NCBI GenBank assembly: GCA_012295275.1
Contig: CM022667.1
Coordinates: forward strand, 3,410,001 to 3,474,000
Source: Chrysomallon squamiferum
Lineage: Eukaryota; Animalia; Mollusca
DNA length: 64,000 nucleotides
Direction of reading: 5' to 3'
The position numbers were made by a program, and so were the translations under genes. The notes beneath the pieces are model-generated. The model was not told the DNA's origin. It did no database searches and saw only the letters and a list, made by a program, of their open reading frames with translations. Positions within the stretch are counted from its first letter, which is position 1. Each line of letters opens with the position of its first letter. Of the stretch, positions 1 to 13,725 are shown piece by piece.

Positions 1-1088
1 TATTTATTTATTTGTTTTATTTATTTATTTATTTATTTATTTTATTAAATTTTATTATTATTTTTTTTCTATTTTATTTTATTTTATTTATTTATTTATA
101 TTTATTATTATTATTATTATTATTTTTTCAAAAGGATGGGAAACAATTATACAGTATAAAATAAATAATCACAGAATTATTATTTGTCAGTCAGTCTTGA
201 GCTTTGAATAAATCACAAAAATATAATCAATTCCATAATCAAACAAATATTTATAATAAATCATCAATACTCACTTAAGTTGTTCATAAGTCGATCATTT
301 TTAGTTTGAATGATTAAAATAATAATAATAATAATAAATATAAAACAAAAGAATATAAATATTTTTATATCACTAAACAAATTTTCATTCAGGAACAAAA
401 TCAGTTACAATTTATTCATAAACAAAGACCACTTATCATATTTTAATGCCTCATTTTTATTTCAAATATTGCTTTGTTTATCTTGAATAAAAACAGAAAT
501 GCGAAGCACAAATAGGCAACACAAAAATAAAGCAAACTGGCCGTCTTCAAAAGTTACTTAGGCGAGATGTGTTATTTATTCTTTATTATTAACAAAGGTT
601 GCTTTCTTGGTAAAAAGAAACAAAACAAACAATGCACATAAAAATATACAAAACCATATGTCCAAATGCAAAATTTATCTTGAAAAATAAACAGTATACG
701 TATAGATATGTATGTGTAGATATATATATAGACTGAGATTCTTATTGTATCATCAATGGTACACCATAAGCAAAAACAAAACAAAAATAAAAAAAAAGAA
801 ACAAGAAAACAACAACCCAATCACATAAAGGTTTACTGAGATTTAGTAAAACGGTTTTTTCACATTATCAAAGATACACTTTAATATGACAATCTTAGAT
901 TACTTAAATTTAGCAGTCAGTTACCAGGACAACATTAAAAAAAATGAAAAAAAGAAAAAACTACCACAAAACCTTGTACATTAAAAGAAAAGGAAAATTA
1001 AAATAAAATATAAATCATACCCTTTTCTTGAATAAAAGAAATTTTAAAACTGAAAAAGGACAAAAGACAACTGAATGTTTGTTCATTG

Positions 1089-1130
<42 letters not shown>

Positions 1131-1897
1131 ATAAGTCAAAAGTCAAGCAACAACTAAAGTAATATACTGGCATTAAGCAATATTCTTTTTAAGTTTGTTG
1201 TTCACAAAGCAAAAAACAGAAATGCTATTACTTATGAAAAAAAGATTCGGCTGTATCAAATTATGATTGATAATAAGTATGAAAAAGCATTTATCTATAA
1301 TGTTAAACGTTTCAAAATTTATCAAACCTACTTCAAACTAGACTGAAGTTTGTCATGGATTACCTCCCCAAAGGCTGCCACCTACTGGCAAAAACACTAT
1401 CCAATCACAAAAGCTTACACATTCTACATTCACTGCGGTTAATAATAAATGATAATGTATCAAATCTAAATGATAGTAATCAAAATAAAATTTTGTAAAA
1501 AATTGTTGTTATACTTAATGAGAATATATGCTATATTTTAAGTAAAAAAGAAAAAGTAAGAAAAAAAAATTAATTTAAAAGAAAAAAAAAGAAAAGGAAA
1601 AATGAAAGTATAAAAAAGGGGAAAAAGCTAGAAAAAAATAAAGTTAAAAAAAATTTCCTAAATTTTCAGATGATCATCCATGTTAAATTTTAGTGTCTTC
1701 AAAATTCATTTTCATATGATAAAACAAAATTTGACATTCTCTCTTGAAAATTATGCAACAGTTGTTATTTACTGCTGCTGGTAAAGTTGTGGTTGCTGTT
1801 GACAGTGTAGTCAAGTTGTGGTTTAGTTGTGGTTTTTGTATTTGAGACTGCTTAGTTTTAGTCACTGAGGTTTAGTTATGGTTGTTGTATTGATTGT

Positions 1898-2055
1898 TTA
1901 ATTGTGGTTGTTGCTGTTGCTGTTGTTGTGGTTGTTGCAGTTGTTGTCATTGGTCGGTGGGATGATGCTGTTGTTCACAAGAGCTTGATACATTGGCAAG
2001 TTGTGAGTTTTTAAATAATTGTTGATTTTCCCAGGAACATTTGTTGACGATAAAC
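1898..2055 (-). CDS. THTPA: THTPA-like gene, terminal coding exon (GLSSTNVPGKINNYLKTHNLPMYQALVNNSII...stop)
   Basis: Acceptor tttttatttttcag| ends at 2056. The phase matches the upstream donor (G+GT=Gly). VPGKINNYL..PMYQAL aligns by eye with the human C-terminal APAKLIVYL..PQDYQRL (recalled from memory). TAA at 1900-1898. Confidence 0.85.
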
Positions 2056-2559
2056 CTGAAAAATAAAAACAATAACACATTAAAAATTAAAAAATAAATA
2101 AATAAATAAATCAAATTAAATGAACACACAAACAAATGAACAAATAACAAATAAATATACTAACATTAAAAAAGAATATATTTAAATATTTAAAAAAAGA
2201 AAAGAAAAAAGAAAGAAAAACAAAAACATACCAAAAAATCCATGTGCAAAATAAGGACATGATTTTTTAATATTAGAAACTAACATTTAAATACGAATAA
2301 GAGAAAGAAATAGAGAAAGAGATTCTGAGACAAAGAAAAATATCAGATGAAAAATATATTACAAAAACATTAAAATGAATAAGAAAAAAAATTAAGAAAA
2401 TAAGAAAATAACTAACTAAATAAATATACAAATAATAAAAAATTAAATAAAGACAGAAACAAAGAAAGAAAAGAAAAAAAAAAAACAAAGTGAACAAGAA
2501 GAAAGAATAAAAACAAAAACGAAATTTTGTGACCTATTACTAAGAAGCAGTAAAACGCA

Positions 2560-2914
2560 GACAAACTACTCCCTCTGTGACAAACGACAACTACGTCAAC
2601 ATCATTGCACACACAATATCTGTACAAGTGGGTTGCTAATCTGAGGTCAGTTAAACGTGATAATTTCATTTGCAGAGAGAAAATGCAAAACATTTGCATA
2701 TTTTTTCTGTCAGGCTTTTGAATGGAAGACAATCCTCTGAAGAATTTGTCTCAGGAACAGGTGAAATTACCACACACGCTACGCTGGATCTCAAGTAAAT
2801 CAGCGCTTTAACAAAGGACAAACAAGAACAGTGACACGGACAATAAAATGAATTAAAAAAAAAAAAAAAAAAAAAAAAAGAGGAATTTTAAGAAATGCAA
2901 AACCCAAAAGTAAA

Positions 2915-2950
<36 letters not shown>

Positions 2951-3318
2951 AAATTAAATTAAATTAATTTAAAAAAAAATATAAATAAATGGCTGATCTG
3001 TTCATCAAGGTTAAAAAAATTAATTGTCAAATTGACTCCCTTTATTCAGAAAAATTTATTTTTTGGAATTTTTTTTTTTTTTTTTTAAAAAGATACAGTA
3101 ACTGCCACCAGGCAGACGAGAATTAACTCGGTACCCATCTGGGTGCTGAAGAATTCATTTTCGTGGCTGACATTTTCCCAATTTTTAATTTACAGTTAAT
3201 TAAACTGATGAATGTGTTAAGTACGCATTCGTCACTCAGCTCGTTAATTAACTGAACTGTAATGAAGACTGGGGTAATAACACGTTGCCATGGATACCAT
3301 TCTTCTCATTGATCTTCA

Positions 3319-3350
<32 letters not shown>

Positions 3351-3560
3351 TTTCTTCTTCTTCTTCCTTTTTTTCTTCTTCTTAGGAGATTGAAAATTTT
3401 TCAGGCAATTAGCCAGAACTTAATTGTTTCTCTAGAAAGTGGATTAATTATTTTAAGTGGTTCTGAATTCAGTGAGTCTCGACTCGTAGGCACTTATAAA
3501 TGATTCAACGTGCCACGAAAGCCATGAAAAATAAAAACCTTCGGAAAAATTCCTCCACAA
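2560..3560. promoter_or_regulatory. Intronic enhancer-like islands (octamer ATTTGCAT 2692-2699; RFX X-box GTTGCCATGGATAC 3284-3297; TAATTA clusters)
   Basis: Complex, CpG-containing, non-coding sequence between poly-A/T tracts. Motifs read directly from the sequence. Confidence 0.4.
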
Positions 3561-3854
3561 AAGAGACAGACATCTTCAAACTGTTGTCAAGATGGGAAAG
3601 TTCTCACCCCTTGCCTCTCGAAGAGCTGAAATCTGTAGATGTTTCCCACCCCTACCTCCCCCCACCATTTCTTCTTCCATTATATCTTGTAAACCGGCAG
3701 TGAAATCTTAAAATCTTAAAGAGTTAAGGAATTTTTCTCTGGTGAATGGTGGAATGTAGACTTTGTCTTTGATGTAAAACAAGAACAAAGCCACATCAGA
3801 ATGAGGCTTTCTATCAATGTCTTTCATATTCTCACTCATTCTATCATTCTTTTT

Positions 3855-3860
3855 TTCTCT

Positions 3861-3920
<60 letters not shown>
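3855..3920. repeat. (CT)n microsatellite
   Basis: Seen directly. Confidence 0.95.
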
Positions 3921-3922
<2 letters not shown>

Positions 3923-5492
3923 CCCCCCATTCAAATGAAATTAATTAGTATATATACTGCTCTTCACAGACTTTTGTTCTGAAGGTGTCAAGATGTGTGT
4001 GTTTGTAAAGTTGATAGTATTTCCTCAATTTCAGACATTTTTTTTTTTTTACTTCCACATGGAACTGACAGAAAGTTTTTCATTTTTTTATTTTCATTTT
4101 TACAGGATATCTACAATTAGCACAATAGCAGTTTTTGTCATTTGCAGATAGACAACATATGTACACTGATTGTGTGATGCATGTGTTTAACATATGAAAC
4201 TGACACCAGTGAACTTTGAGGGAAAAAAAAAAAAGAAAAGAAAAGAAAAAGAACTTTTGAAATATAGAAGACAGAGAGAAAAAAAGATTATAAAATAATG
4301 AAAAAGAAGTGGAGGCCTCATATTAAGTTAAATAATAATAAATTAAAAAAAATCAAATAAAAAAATCATTAAAACAATTAATAAGAAAAAGAAAACAAAA
4401 AGAATAAAAAAAAAAAACCACTACAAAAAACACAAAAAATATAAAAAAAAAAAAAAAAAAAAAAAAATAATATAAAAAAAAGAAAGAAAAAGAAACTAAT
4501 AAAAAGTTCAGGAAATAAAATAAAAATTGGTACTAAAATAATTAGTCTCTCTCTCTTTTCACACCCACAAATACACACATGCACAAAACATGCGAACACA
4601 AAACACACACAAAACCATACAAACACCAAGTTTCACATTTTGATTATCATTTGACTCTGACAAATCCCTACCCCTTACTTCCCTGCTCCTACAAACTGTC
4701 ACACAACACACACACACAAAGCTTTTCTTAAAGCTGATATTTAGAGAAATGTCAAAACGAGAAGCTATTTTATCTCATGCAGTGTTGTTACATACCACAC
4801 ACTGAAGCTCTGTTCTGTTACATAACAGTGTGATTATAATCTACAGACTGGATTACATACAGACCTTATCTCATGTCAGTAAATAGTAATAGTGTTAGTT
4901 AGCCTGGTATTACACAAGCAGATTATATTTTATTACAAATATGTTGTTGTTTTTTTCTTGCCTTTTTTTTCTTACATTTGTCTGTGCACACACACACCCC
5001 CACCCACCCCCACACACACACACATACACACATATACACACACCCACACACACACACATATACACATACACACCACCAATCAAGCATATTAGTTCACACA
5101 CAAACATATCCAAGCAAAACTGAAATATGGACAGACAGACAAACAGACAGGTAGATGGTAGATGGATATAGATATATAAATAAAGCCATGATTTACAAAA
5201 TATGCATGTCTACAGGTAACTACAAAAAAAAAAAAAGCTTTATTAAAGACTATATCATGCAAAATGTAAAATTTAAAAATCCCAAACAACCAGCTACTAA
5301 CAGTTAGGCATATATCACATATATATATCAGCAATGTACTAAATAAAACTAAAACTGAACCATGCAGTGAAATGATACAGTTGCCTACCTCTGTTTTTAC
5401 ATCAGTTGTAGTAAAGAGATATCTGAAAACAAACATCAACAAACATCAGTGTCTGTTTAATAAGTAGACTCTTCTACGAGTCAGTATGATGT

Positions 5493-6182
5493 AAACACAC
5501 GCAAATATACTCTCTAACACACAAACACACGCAAATATATTCTCTAGCACACAAACACACGCAAATACACTCTCTAACACACAAACACACGCAAATATAC
5601 TAACACAAACACACAAACACACGCAAATACACTCTCTAACACACAAACACACGTAAATATAGTCTCTAACACACAAACACACACAAATACACTCTCCAAC
5701 ACACAAACACATGCAAATACACTAACACACAAACACACGCAAATATACTCTCTAACACACAAACAAATGCAAATATACTCTCTAACACACAAACACACAC
5801 AAATACTCTCTAACACACAAACACACGCAAATATACTCTCTAACACACAAACAAATGCAAATATACTCTCTAACACACAAACACATGCAAATATACTCTC
5901 TAACACACAAACACATGCAAATATACTCTCTAACACACACACGCAAATATACTCTCTAACACACAAACACACACAAATATACTCTCTAACACACAAACAC
6001 ACGCAAATATACTCTCTAACACACAAACACATGTAAATATACTCTCTAACACACAAACACATGCAAATATACTCTCTGACACACAAACACACACAAACAC
6101 ATGCAAATATACTCTCTAACACACAAACACATGCAAATATACTCTCTAACAAACACACGCAAATATACTCTCTAACACACAC
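5493..6182. repeat. 30-bp minisatellite (aaacacacgcaaatatactctctaacacac), ~23 copies
   Basis: Seen directly. Explains the CVCLCVREYI ORFs. Confidence 0.95.
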
Positions 6183-6461
6183 GTTATCCTGAAGTACACA
6201 CACATACACATACTTACACACACAATCACATACACACTTACACATGCACATATACCCACACCCATACACACAATCACAAACACAGACACACACACACACA
6301 CACAGACACACAATCACAAACACAGACACACACACACACAGACTGAGTATGTTAATGAATGTTTGTTTAACACAAGCACATTTTATATAAACATATTTAA
6401 ATGTTCAGTTGTAATATTTATTTTTAAATGAGTAGCTTCCTATACAGGGGAGTACATACCA

Positions 6462-6496
<35 letters not shown>

Positions 6497-6522
6497 AAAT
6501 TAAAGAAAGGATGCTGTTTCTG

Positions 6523-6555
<33 letters not shown>

Positions 6556-7235
6556 ATTACTACTATGAGTATTATTACTACTACTACTACATCAACAACA
6601 ACTGAACTAATACATCTACTTAAAATACTCAAAATATAACGAAAATGAAAAATTTAATTAAATAAAAAATTAACAGAATAATAAATATAAAAATAAACAT
6701 CAACAAATACAAAAAAAACAACAACAAACCCCTCCTAAAAAAAAAAAAACCCACAAGAAACAACCCTTCAAAAACACACAAAAAAAAATCAATAAAAATT
6801 AATAAATGAATTTTAAAATAAATTGAAAAAAAAAAAAAAAATAATAATAAAAATTATATAAAAAAACAAAAAAAAAAAAAAACCTGGTGAAATCTCCAAA
6901 TAAATATCTGACTAAATCCCATTTTACTGAGACACAAGAAGAAATTATTAAGTATGGCTTGAACCTTTCGGTCTGCTTAATCAAAACAGTAATGAAATGA
7001 AGACCTCCACAATAAACGCAACGAAGTTGCTGCAGTGGCTGTGACACCACAATTCATCAGCCCGCTGCCGAAGTCACTGAAGCAGTATACACAAGATGGA
7101 TGTCTCGCTCGGGACTCAGTTTTAATACCAGATTCATCCACAAATTAATTCTATCAATATTAGAAAATTACTTTTAAATGTTAAACTCAGAACCTGCTCC
7201 TGGTGATAGTTTTGTGCTTCTTAATGCATGTTTGG

Positions 7236-7236
<1 letters not shown>

Positions 7237-7300
<64 letters not shown>

Positions 7301-7470
7301 TGTGTTGTTTGTGTGTGTGTGTGTAATGCATCTATGTTTGTAGACATGTTTATGTGTTTGAGTGTGTCACTGTGTGTGTGTATATGTGTGTGTGTTTGCG
7401 TGTGTGTGTGTGTGTGTGTGGTGTGTATATGTCTGTGTGAATATAGATGTGTATATGTTTGTTGTGTGTG
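7237..7470. repeat. (TG)n microsatellite, pure then degenerate
   Basis: Seen directly. Confidence 0.95.
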
Positions 7471-8785
7471 ATAGATTGATTACCCATGGGAAGGTGCAAA
7501 CAAGAAGTATTTCCTGTTAGGTATCAGAATACTTTAAGAAATGGTTTGTCATTATTACACTAGATAAAACAGACATCTAATAAGAGAAAAAAAAAAAAAA
7601 AAAAATTTAAATAAATTAATAAATAAAAATAAAATAAAAATAAAAATCTGAACATGGTTACAATCAAACTGTTTTCATACTGATAATAATAATTTTAAAC
7701 ATATAATTATGTTCAGAAAATTTTGAAATCTTTTAATGACATTATTGTCTATTTAAATAATAAAATAATAATAATAATAATAATATCAAATAATTTTAAG
7801 TTTATAATTTGCATGTCAAAATTAATTTACAAGAGATGTACCATTTTTGTGTTCTCAAATGTTTTTTTATTTAATTTTTTTTGGCACACAGAAAATTGCA
7901 ATCTTTTAATCTTTATAATGTTCTTATCAATGTTATGAAATCACTTTAAGATTATCATTTCAGAAATTATGTGTAAGTTTAGAAAGATAAATCTTTTGTA
8001 TTTTGCACCTAAATGTTAAATTATTTTATATATATATATATTTTTAAAAATTCACATTACAAAACTTGAGTTATTTAAACTGAATATTAATGTTTTATTT
8101 CCTCTAGGCAAGTTGGACCTAGCTTTGTCAACCTGCTGTAAAGATAATTCAGAGTTGCTTCCCTTTAAACATGTCTGTTCTCAGTTTTAAAATCAATACA
8201 GGACAGAAATCATTTTCTCAATTCATCTTGTCACCCTGGACAAAGTCAAATCCCATCTGGGCACATTTTCTTTTTTTCTTCTGGAAGAATTTATAAAAAT
8301 AAAGAAATAAACTGTACCTAAAATCCAAATAAATGTGATATTATTTAATTTGATTTTCTAGTGATAGATTGTTTTTTTTTAAGTCATTACCCAAGTTGCT
8401 TGTGAGAAGTTCAAATATGAATTTTTTTTATTAAACAAACACTTTTTTAATTTTTATATTAATGTCTAGTGAGGCAAAGTGAAACATACATACAGACACA
8501 GACAAGGACAAACTTAAAGAAAAAACAACAACAATGAAAATAAATAAAAATATTGATAATAATAATAAAAAAAATAAAATAAAATAATAATAATACAATA
8601 ACTTGAATAAGAACAATAAAAACAAAAACACAGAATCATATAAATAAAATTAAAAAATATTAAATAAATATTAAATGATGGTCATAATTTTTAACTGATT
8701 TTTTTTTTATTTATTTCATTTTTAAAATAAATATTCTAATTACATCTCTAACAGATTCTTTCCTTTTATTCATTTCCATTTTCTA

Positions 8786-8816
<31 letters not shown>

Positions 8817-8899
8817 GAAGAATAATTAAAAAAGAAAAGAATAATCATAAAAGGACTAAAAAAAAAAAAAAAATTTTTAATTTTTTTTTTTTATTTGCT

Positions 8900-9900
8900 T
8901 TGAGTCGAAGACAAGCTACAAAACCAGCTGACACAAAATTAACCAGTTCTCCACGATGACCACGGTTTTACACTGAACACATGGCTGACAGCCGCAGTGC
9001 TTTACAAAACATTTTTCTATATCAGTCATTTCTGTCCGTGGAACTTATTCAATTAGTGATCTTTTCAGCTGTTACACAATTTTAAAATATTCGGCTGCCG
9101 GCCAATGCTGCCTGATAATTATGGAATCGCGGGTCGCTCTAAGAAAGCCTATCAAGACATTTTGGCATATGGCTGATGTAATTACTGATGACCCAGTTCT
9201 TTCTTTTCTGTTTTTCATTTTTTTTTTTTTTTTTTTTTTTTTTTTCAGACATGAATTTACATGGAGATTGCTGAGGAATGCGACTGTGCCAATCACTCGA
9301 TATTAATTATTGCCGGTTCAAGCTATTCCACTTGTTAGCCGGCCGTCACGAGCAAGAAGGATGATCTCATCATACACGCAGTAATTCAGATTTGCATTTG
9401 CATAATTAAATCTGGCCACATAAAACGCCGGGCCCAACACGACGTTCCGCGGCAAAATTCCGTTTCAATTGCTTCAGTAATTATGATTGATTGCGGCATC
9501 TCGTCATGTTGTGATGGCCAGAAATATGGTAACATTTTCATCTATATTCACAAAGCAAATAAAGCCCACCTGAAAAGGGGGCTTAATTCTCCGCAGTATT
9601 TCCATATCATCGTGTGTGTCGCTCAAATGGGTCCCATTCACCAATATTGGACGTTCTCATAATTTCGAGCAAATTCTATTACGAGCACTCGGCAGAAGGC
9701 GAGCAATGCCATTTACATATTATATCTCTTCTGTACATTAGTTATTAGCTCTGGCAAGAAGGGAATCCAGCGAAAAGAAATCGTTCTAAATTAACGGCGG
9801 TGTCTTGATTTGGTTGTGCCGTGTTTTAATGAATTAAACTCCATTTATTTTAGATAAACACATGACTGCAAAAAGCCAAATGACTGACATTTAGGACATT
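8900..9900. promoter_or_regulatory. ~1-kb intronic enhancer/CNE-like island
   Basis: High CpG, no credible ORF, overlapping double octamer atttgcatttgcat 9390-9403 followed by aattaa, many TAAT sites. Confidence 0.45.
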
Positions 9901-10749
9901 ACTTAAAAAAAGAAAAAAAAGCTGCATAGCACGAATAATTCAGGGATTTTATATGGTTCTTCTTTTTTTTTTTTTTTTTTTTTAGATGTATTAAAAATGA
10001 AAAAAAAAATAAAATAAAAAAAAGTGAAAAGATTTCTTGAATCTGTAGCAGAATTTTCAACATGGAATAATAAAAAAAAAAGAATTAAATTATTTTGTGG
10101 AAAAAAACAAACCCAGACAGAATATTTAGATGAAAGGATAAATATTAGAATGTATAAATAATATAAAGAATGATAAATTTATTTTTTATTTGTTTATAAA
10201 AGAAAATATTTTAAATTCTTGTTAAAAACTGTATATATATTTATAAATATTTAAAAACATATTAAAATAAAATGCCATAAAAAAACAAAAAAACAAACCA
10301 AACCAAAAATAAAATAACAATAATATTAATAAAACCTGCCATCAAACAAAAAAAAAAAATTATATAAATAAATAAATAAATAAATAAAAATAAATATCTC
10401 TCTCCCTTAAAAAAAACACAATTAACAATATAATTATGAAAATGTGCTTTGTACTGACTGGAATGGGAAAAACTGCACTGATTTTAATAAAGTGAGATTC
10501 TCTGGCCATTCAATAATGTCAGGCGACTTTATTTAATTTCACACAACACACACACACACACACAAATTAATAACAATTTTTATATGTTTGATTTGTAAGG
10601 GTTATTTTCAGATTAATCATGCACATGCAGACATCTTCCTTTTCACATCATGTATTTACACATTCATCCATTATCATAACAATACAACACACACATTCGT
10701 TCACACACCAGACACACCCATTCCCATGGGTGCACACCCCACCAACACA

Positions 10750-10790
<41 letters not shown>

Positions 10791-10822
10791 ACATCTGATC
10801 TCAAACTTGCACAAATACCCAC

Positions 10823-12731
10823 CAAGTTTCTTAGCAGTCTCTTCGATAGTTCTCAAGGCTGATGAAATTTTGTCAGCTGAGGTCATCACCTCGATTTCCC
10901 CAACCATGAATCCACTGTCAGTGATGTCGAGGTCAACACTGCATTCTGGGAGTTTGTACGTCTTTCTTGTTGTGGTGAATGAAGCAAACTCTGTCAGAGC
11001 AGCAGCTTCGATGACGTCAACAACAGCTGCAGTTGCTGAAGGCAGTTTCAAGTTAAGTCTCTGTAGGAGTGTGTTGATGATGTCAGTCTCTTTGGTGGTT
11101 TCCACGAACTGTGTTGTGCTGCTGTCTGCCTGGTTTTCTATTAGACACTCCTTCAGCTGCCACTCAGACTCTCTCCTCCGCAGCCAGCAGTTTCCCAGAG
11201 TGAGGGTGTAGTCGAGGTTGTCGTAGTAAACGTCTGTGAACGACGTAGTCTTCACAAGTGTAGCACCAATGTCCATCAACTTCTTCTCAGTGTGTGAGTT
11301 GATGTTAAACTTTCTCTCTATCTCTATTGACTCCTCCTCATGCTTGGATTGGGAAAAAACTGTTTTTACTTGAGTTGTTTGACTCCGGACATCAACAACT
11401 GCTTGCTGAAGACCTTCAACAGACTGTTCAGGATTCTGCTGATGTCCAAGTTGAACTTCTACCTTGTCTCTTTCTAAATTCTCATTAACCTTTGAAGACA
11501 TAGAGGTTATCATTCTGGTAGGCATGTCATGCGTTTCTGCAGTTTCCTGGATACATAAGATTTTTCTTTCTGGTAGACTGGTGTCCTGAAGATTTTCCAC
11601 TGATTCTGATGTGCTTGTCTGCTGGTGGTTCACGAGCTCTTTCCTTTCTGATTCCTGGGTGTCCTTCAAACTGACTATCTCATTCCCTGCTGCTTCATCC
11701 AGCATGTCCAGCACCTCACTGACAGACAGCTGGTCAATCATCTCAACATGCTTGTCCTCCTCACTGGAACAAAACACTGGAGAGTCTAGCTGACCTTCTG
11801 GAGATATGGTCACCGGAAATTTCTGCTGCTCTGCAGCTCCACCCTTGCAGATAGACAGATGCAGAAGCTCCCCTACCATGGGAGGCTGGACAAGGTCCTG
11901 TTCGCTGACCAGAATGTCATCATCTTCATGTGTTCTACTCCAGGACATGCTGGAAGCCTGCAGTGACGACAGTGACCTTCCAATGTCAAAGTCAGCGACA
12001 GCTTCAGAACTTGTCAGTGGATTTCCAGGAACTTCTGAGTGTGTCTGCTGCTTGTCCTTGATCTCCTGGAGGGCGAAGTCGCGAATGGACAAGCCTGGAG
12101 TGTGTGTGATTCTCTGGATGCTCGTCTCATTGCTGTCCTTCTTCGTCCTCAGGTCCTCGCTGACAGCAGGTGTGACACGCGTGGAGTCTGTGGAGCCATA
12201 GGATGGAGAGAACAGGCTGGAGTCTCTGGAGTCCGACTTCCTGTACACTTTGTTCTCGTCCGACAGAGGAGTTCCTGAAACATCCACAAGAGAAGCGGAC
12301 TCCTTCGCCTCGCTGATAGAAATATTCTCAAACGAGCTCTCCGACGTGGACAGTGACACATTGACTCCTGTGTCTTCCAGCAGAGTCTCCACCCGGTCAA
12401 CAAAAGCGTTGCTCTGCTCACCTGTGTTGCCTGCGATGTTTTTGTTGTTGTGTTTGTCTGTCTGACTCTTTTTCCTGTCCCCGATGTGGAACTCGGCAGT
12501 GGACACGCTCCTGGGCTGGTGGGTCACCTCGGTGGTGGTGGAGGATGGGATGGGTGTGGTTTTCTTCACCTCCCACGATGCTGAGGACACTCTCACAGGA
12601 CTGGCTGGAGGATCAGGATCCACTGAGGATTTGTTTTCGCTGCTCTCTGTGGAGGTTTTGTCGCTGGTTATGTGAGATTTTTCGGGATTGGTGATGAAAA
12701 TTTCAGATCTGTCTACGTACGAATCGGCCAT
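10823..12731 (-). CDS. THTPA: THTPA-like gene, coding exon 1: ~468-aa low-complexity N-terminal region followed by most of a CYTH (thiamine triphosphatase) domain
   Basis: Long GC-elevated ORF. From aa 469 (11327) it reads IEIERKF (ExExK CYTH signature), FTDVYYD, WLRRR, WQLK, FASFTTTRKTY, VDLD, GEIEV, in the same order as in mammalian 25-kDa ThTPase. Start context atcATGG, with an in-frame TGA just upstream and an acceptor ttttcag ending at 12756. The exon ends at KKL-G|gtgggt (donor 10822-10821). The ORF-track tail after that (CVCVCV) is intronic (TG)n. Confidence 0.9.
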
Positions 12732-13676
12732 GATGTAAAGTCAAAAAAACAAAAACTGAAAATACAAAAATAAATACATAAATGAACGAACGAATGAATG
12801 AATGAATACATAAATTAATAAAAATAAATGAACAAGCAAGCAAACAGTGGGTAAACATGAACTGCATATATGCATGCTAAAATCTCAGTAAACATGATAC
12901 AAATGTTTTATCAGTAACCTCCATGAAGTAAATCTCTTATCTTGCAAACATATATCATGATAAAAAATATCATTAAACAAAATATTAAAAAAAAGGAAAA
13001 AAAAGTGAAAATACAGAAAAAAAAAGAAGAAAAAATACAATCAACACAAAACCGAGCTATGGTTTACTTAACGATAATTTCTGAGGAGGACATAATTTAC
13101 ATCACAATAATTTTGTTTGCAGAAGAAATCTATTCAGAAGAGAAAAAACGTCTCAGAATGCTGAGACTGATATGTTTTTTAATAAACATTGCACCTCACT
13201 GCACATCAGACAACATGAAGGAATATTGTTTTGTCAGCTCTGTATGCTGCACTGTACACTGTCTGCAGGTTCTTTCTTAGTCTGAAGTATTTTTTTACTT
13301 CACCCATTTCCAATACAATACGCATCATTTCCATGCTGATGTCTGGAATGCTGTTGGCCCTAGGATCAAATCTCTGTTTGTCCTAATCCAGCATCAATAC
13401 ATGAAGAACGTGAAGAATAACAAAAACTGCCATTTAAGATTAAACGTGATATTTTTATACTTCCAAATCTTATATGAATAGCCTAAGAGTTTCTATTCTA
13501 GTTGCATGATACTCTTTGAAAAAAACATAGTTTTTATTCTTATTTAGTTTTTGTAGACTCAAATTTTGAATCATCTATTAAATGTATTTACTATTAATTT
13601 GGAAATTATTATTCTTTCCTTTATTATTATTACTTTTTTTTTTTTTTGTTGAGTTTATTTATTTTACAGTATAAAT

Positions 13677-13725
<49 letters not shown>

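Larger units (their letters stand above)
2056..10822 (-). other. Phase-1 GT-AG intron of the THTPA-like gene (8767 bp)
   Basis: The donor and acceptor above join the two halves of the CYTH domain in frame. Confidence 0.8.

Noticed and set aside
5446-6335. Cys/Val-rich repetitive ORFs
   Set aside because: Translations of the 30-bp CA-rich minisatellite inside an intron.
10701-10822. C-terminal GYLCKFEIRCGCVCVCV tail of the 676-aa ORF
   Set aside because: Read-through into intronic (TG)n. The in-frame THTPA-like C-terminus is at 2055-1898.
11535-11570. ILCIQET resembling the LINE/APE endonuclease motif
   Set aside because: No other endonuclease or reverse-transcriptase motifs around it; likely chance.
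10588-12675. Plus-strand ORFs overlapping the THTPA exon
   Set aside because: Antisense shadows of a GC-elevated coding exon with no recognisable domain.
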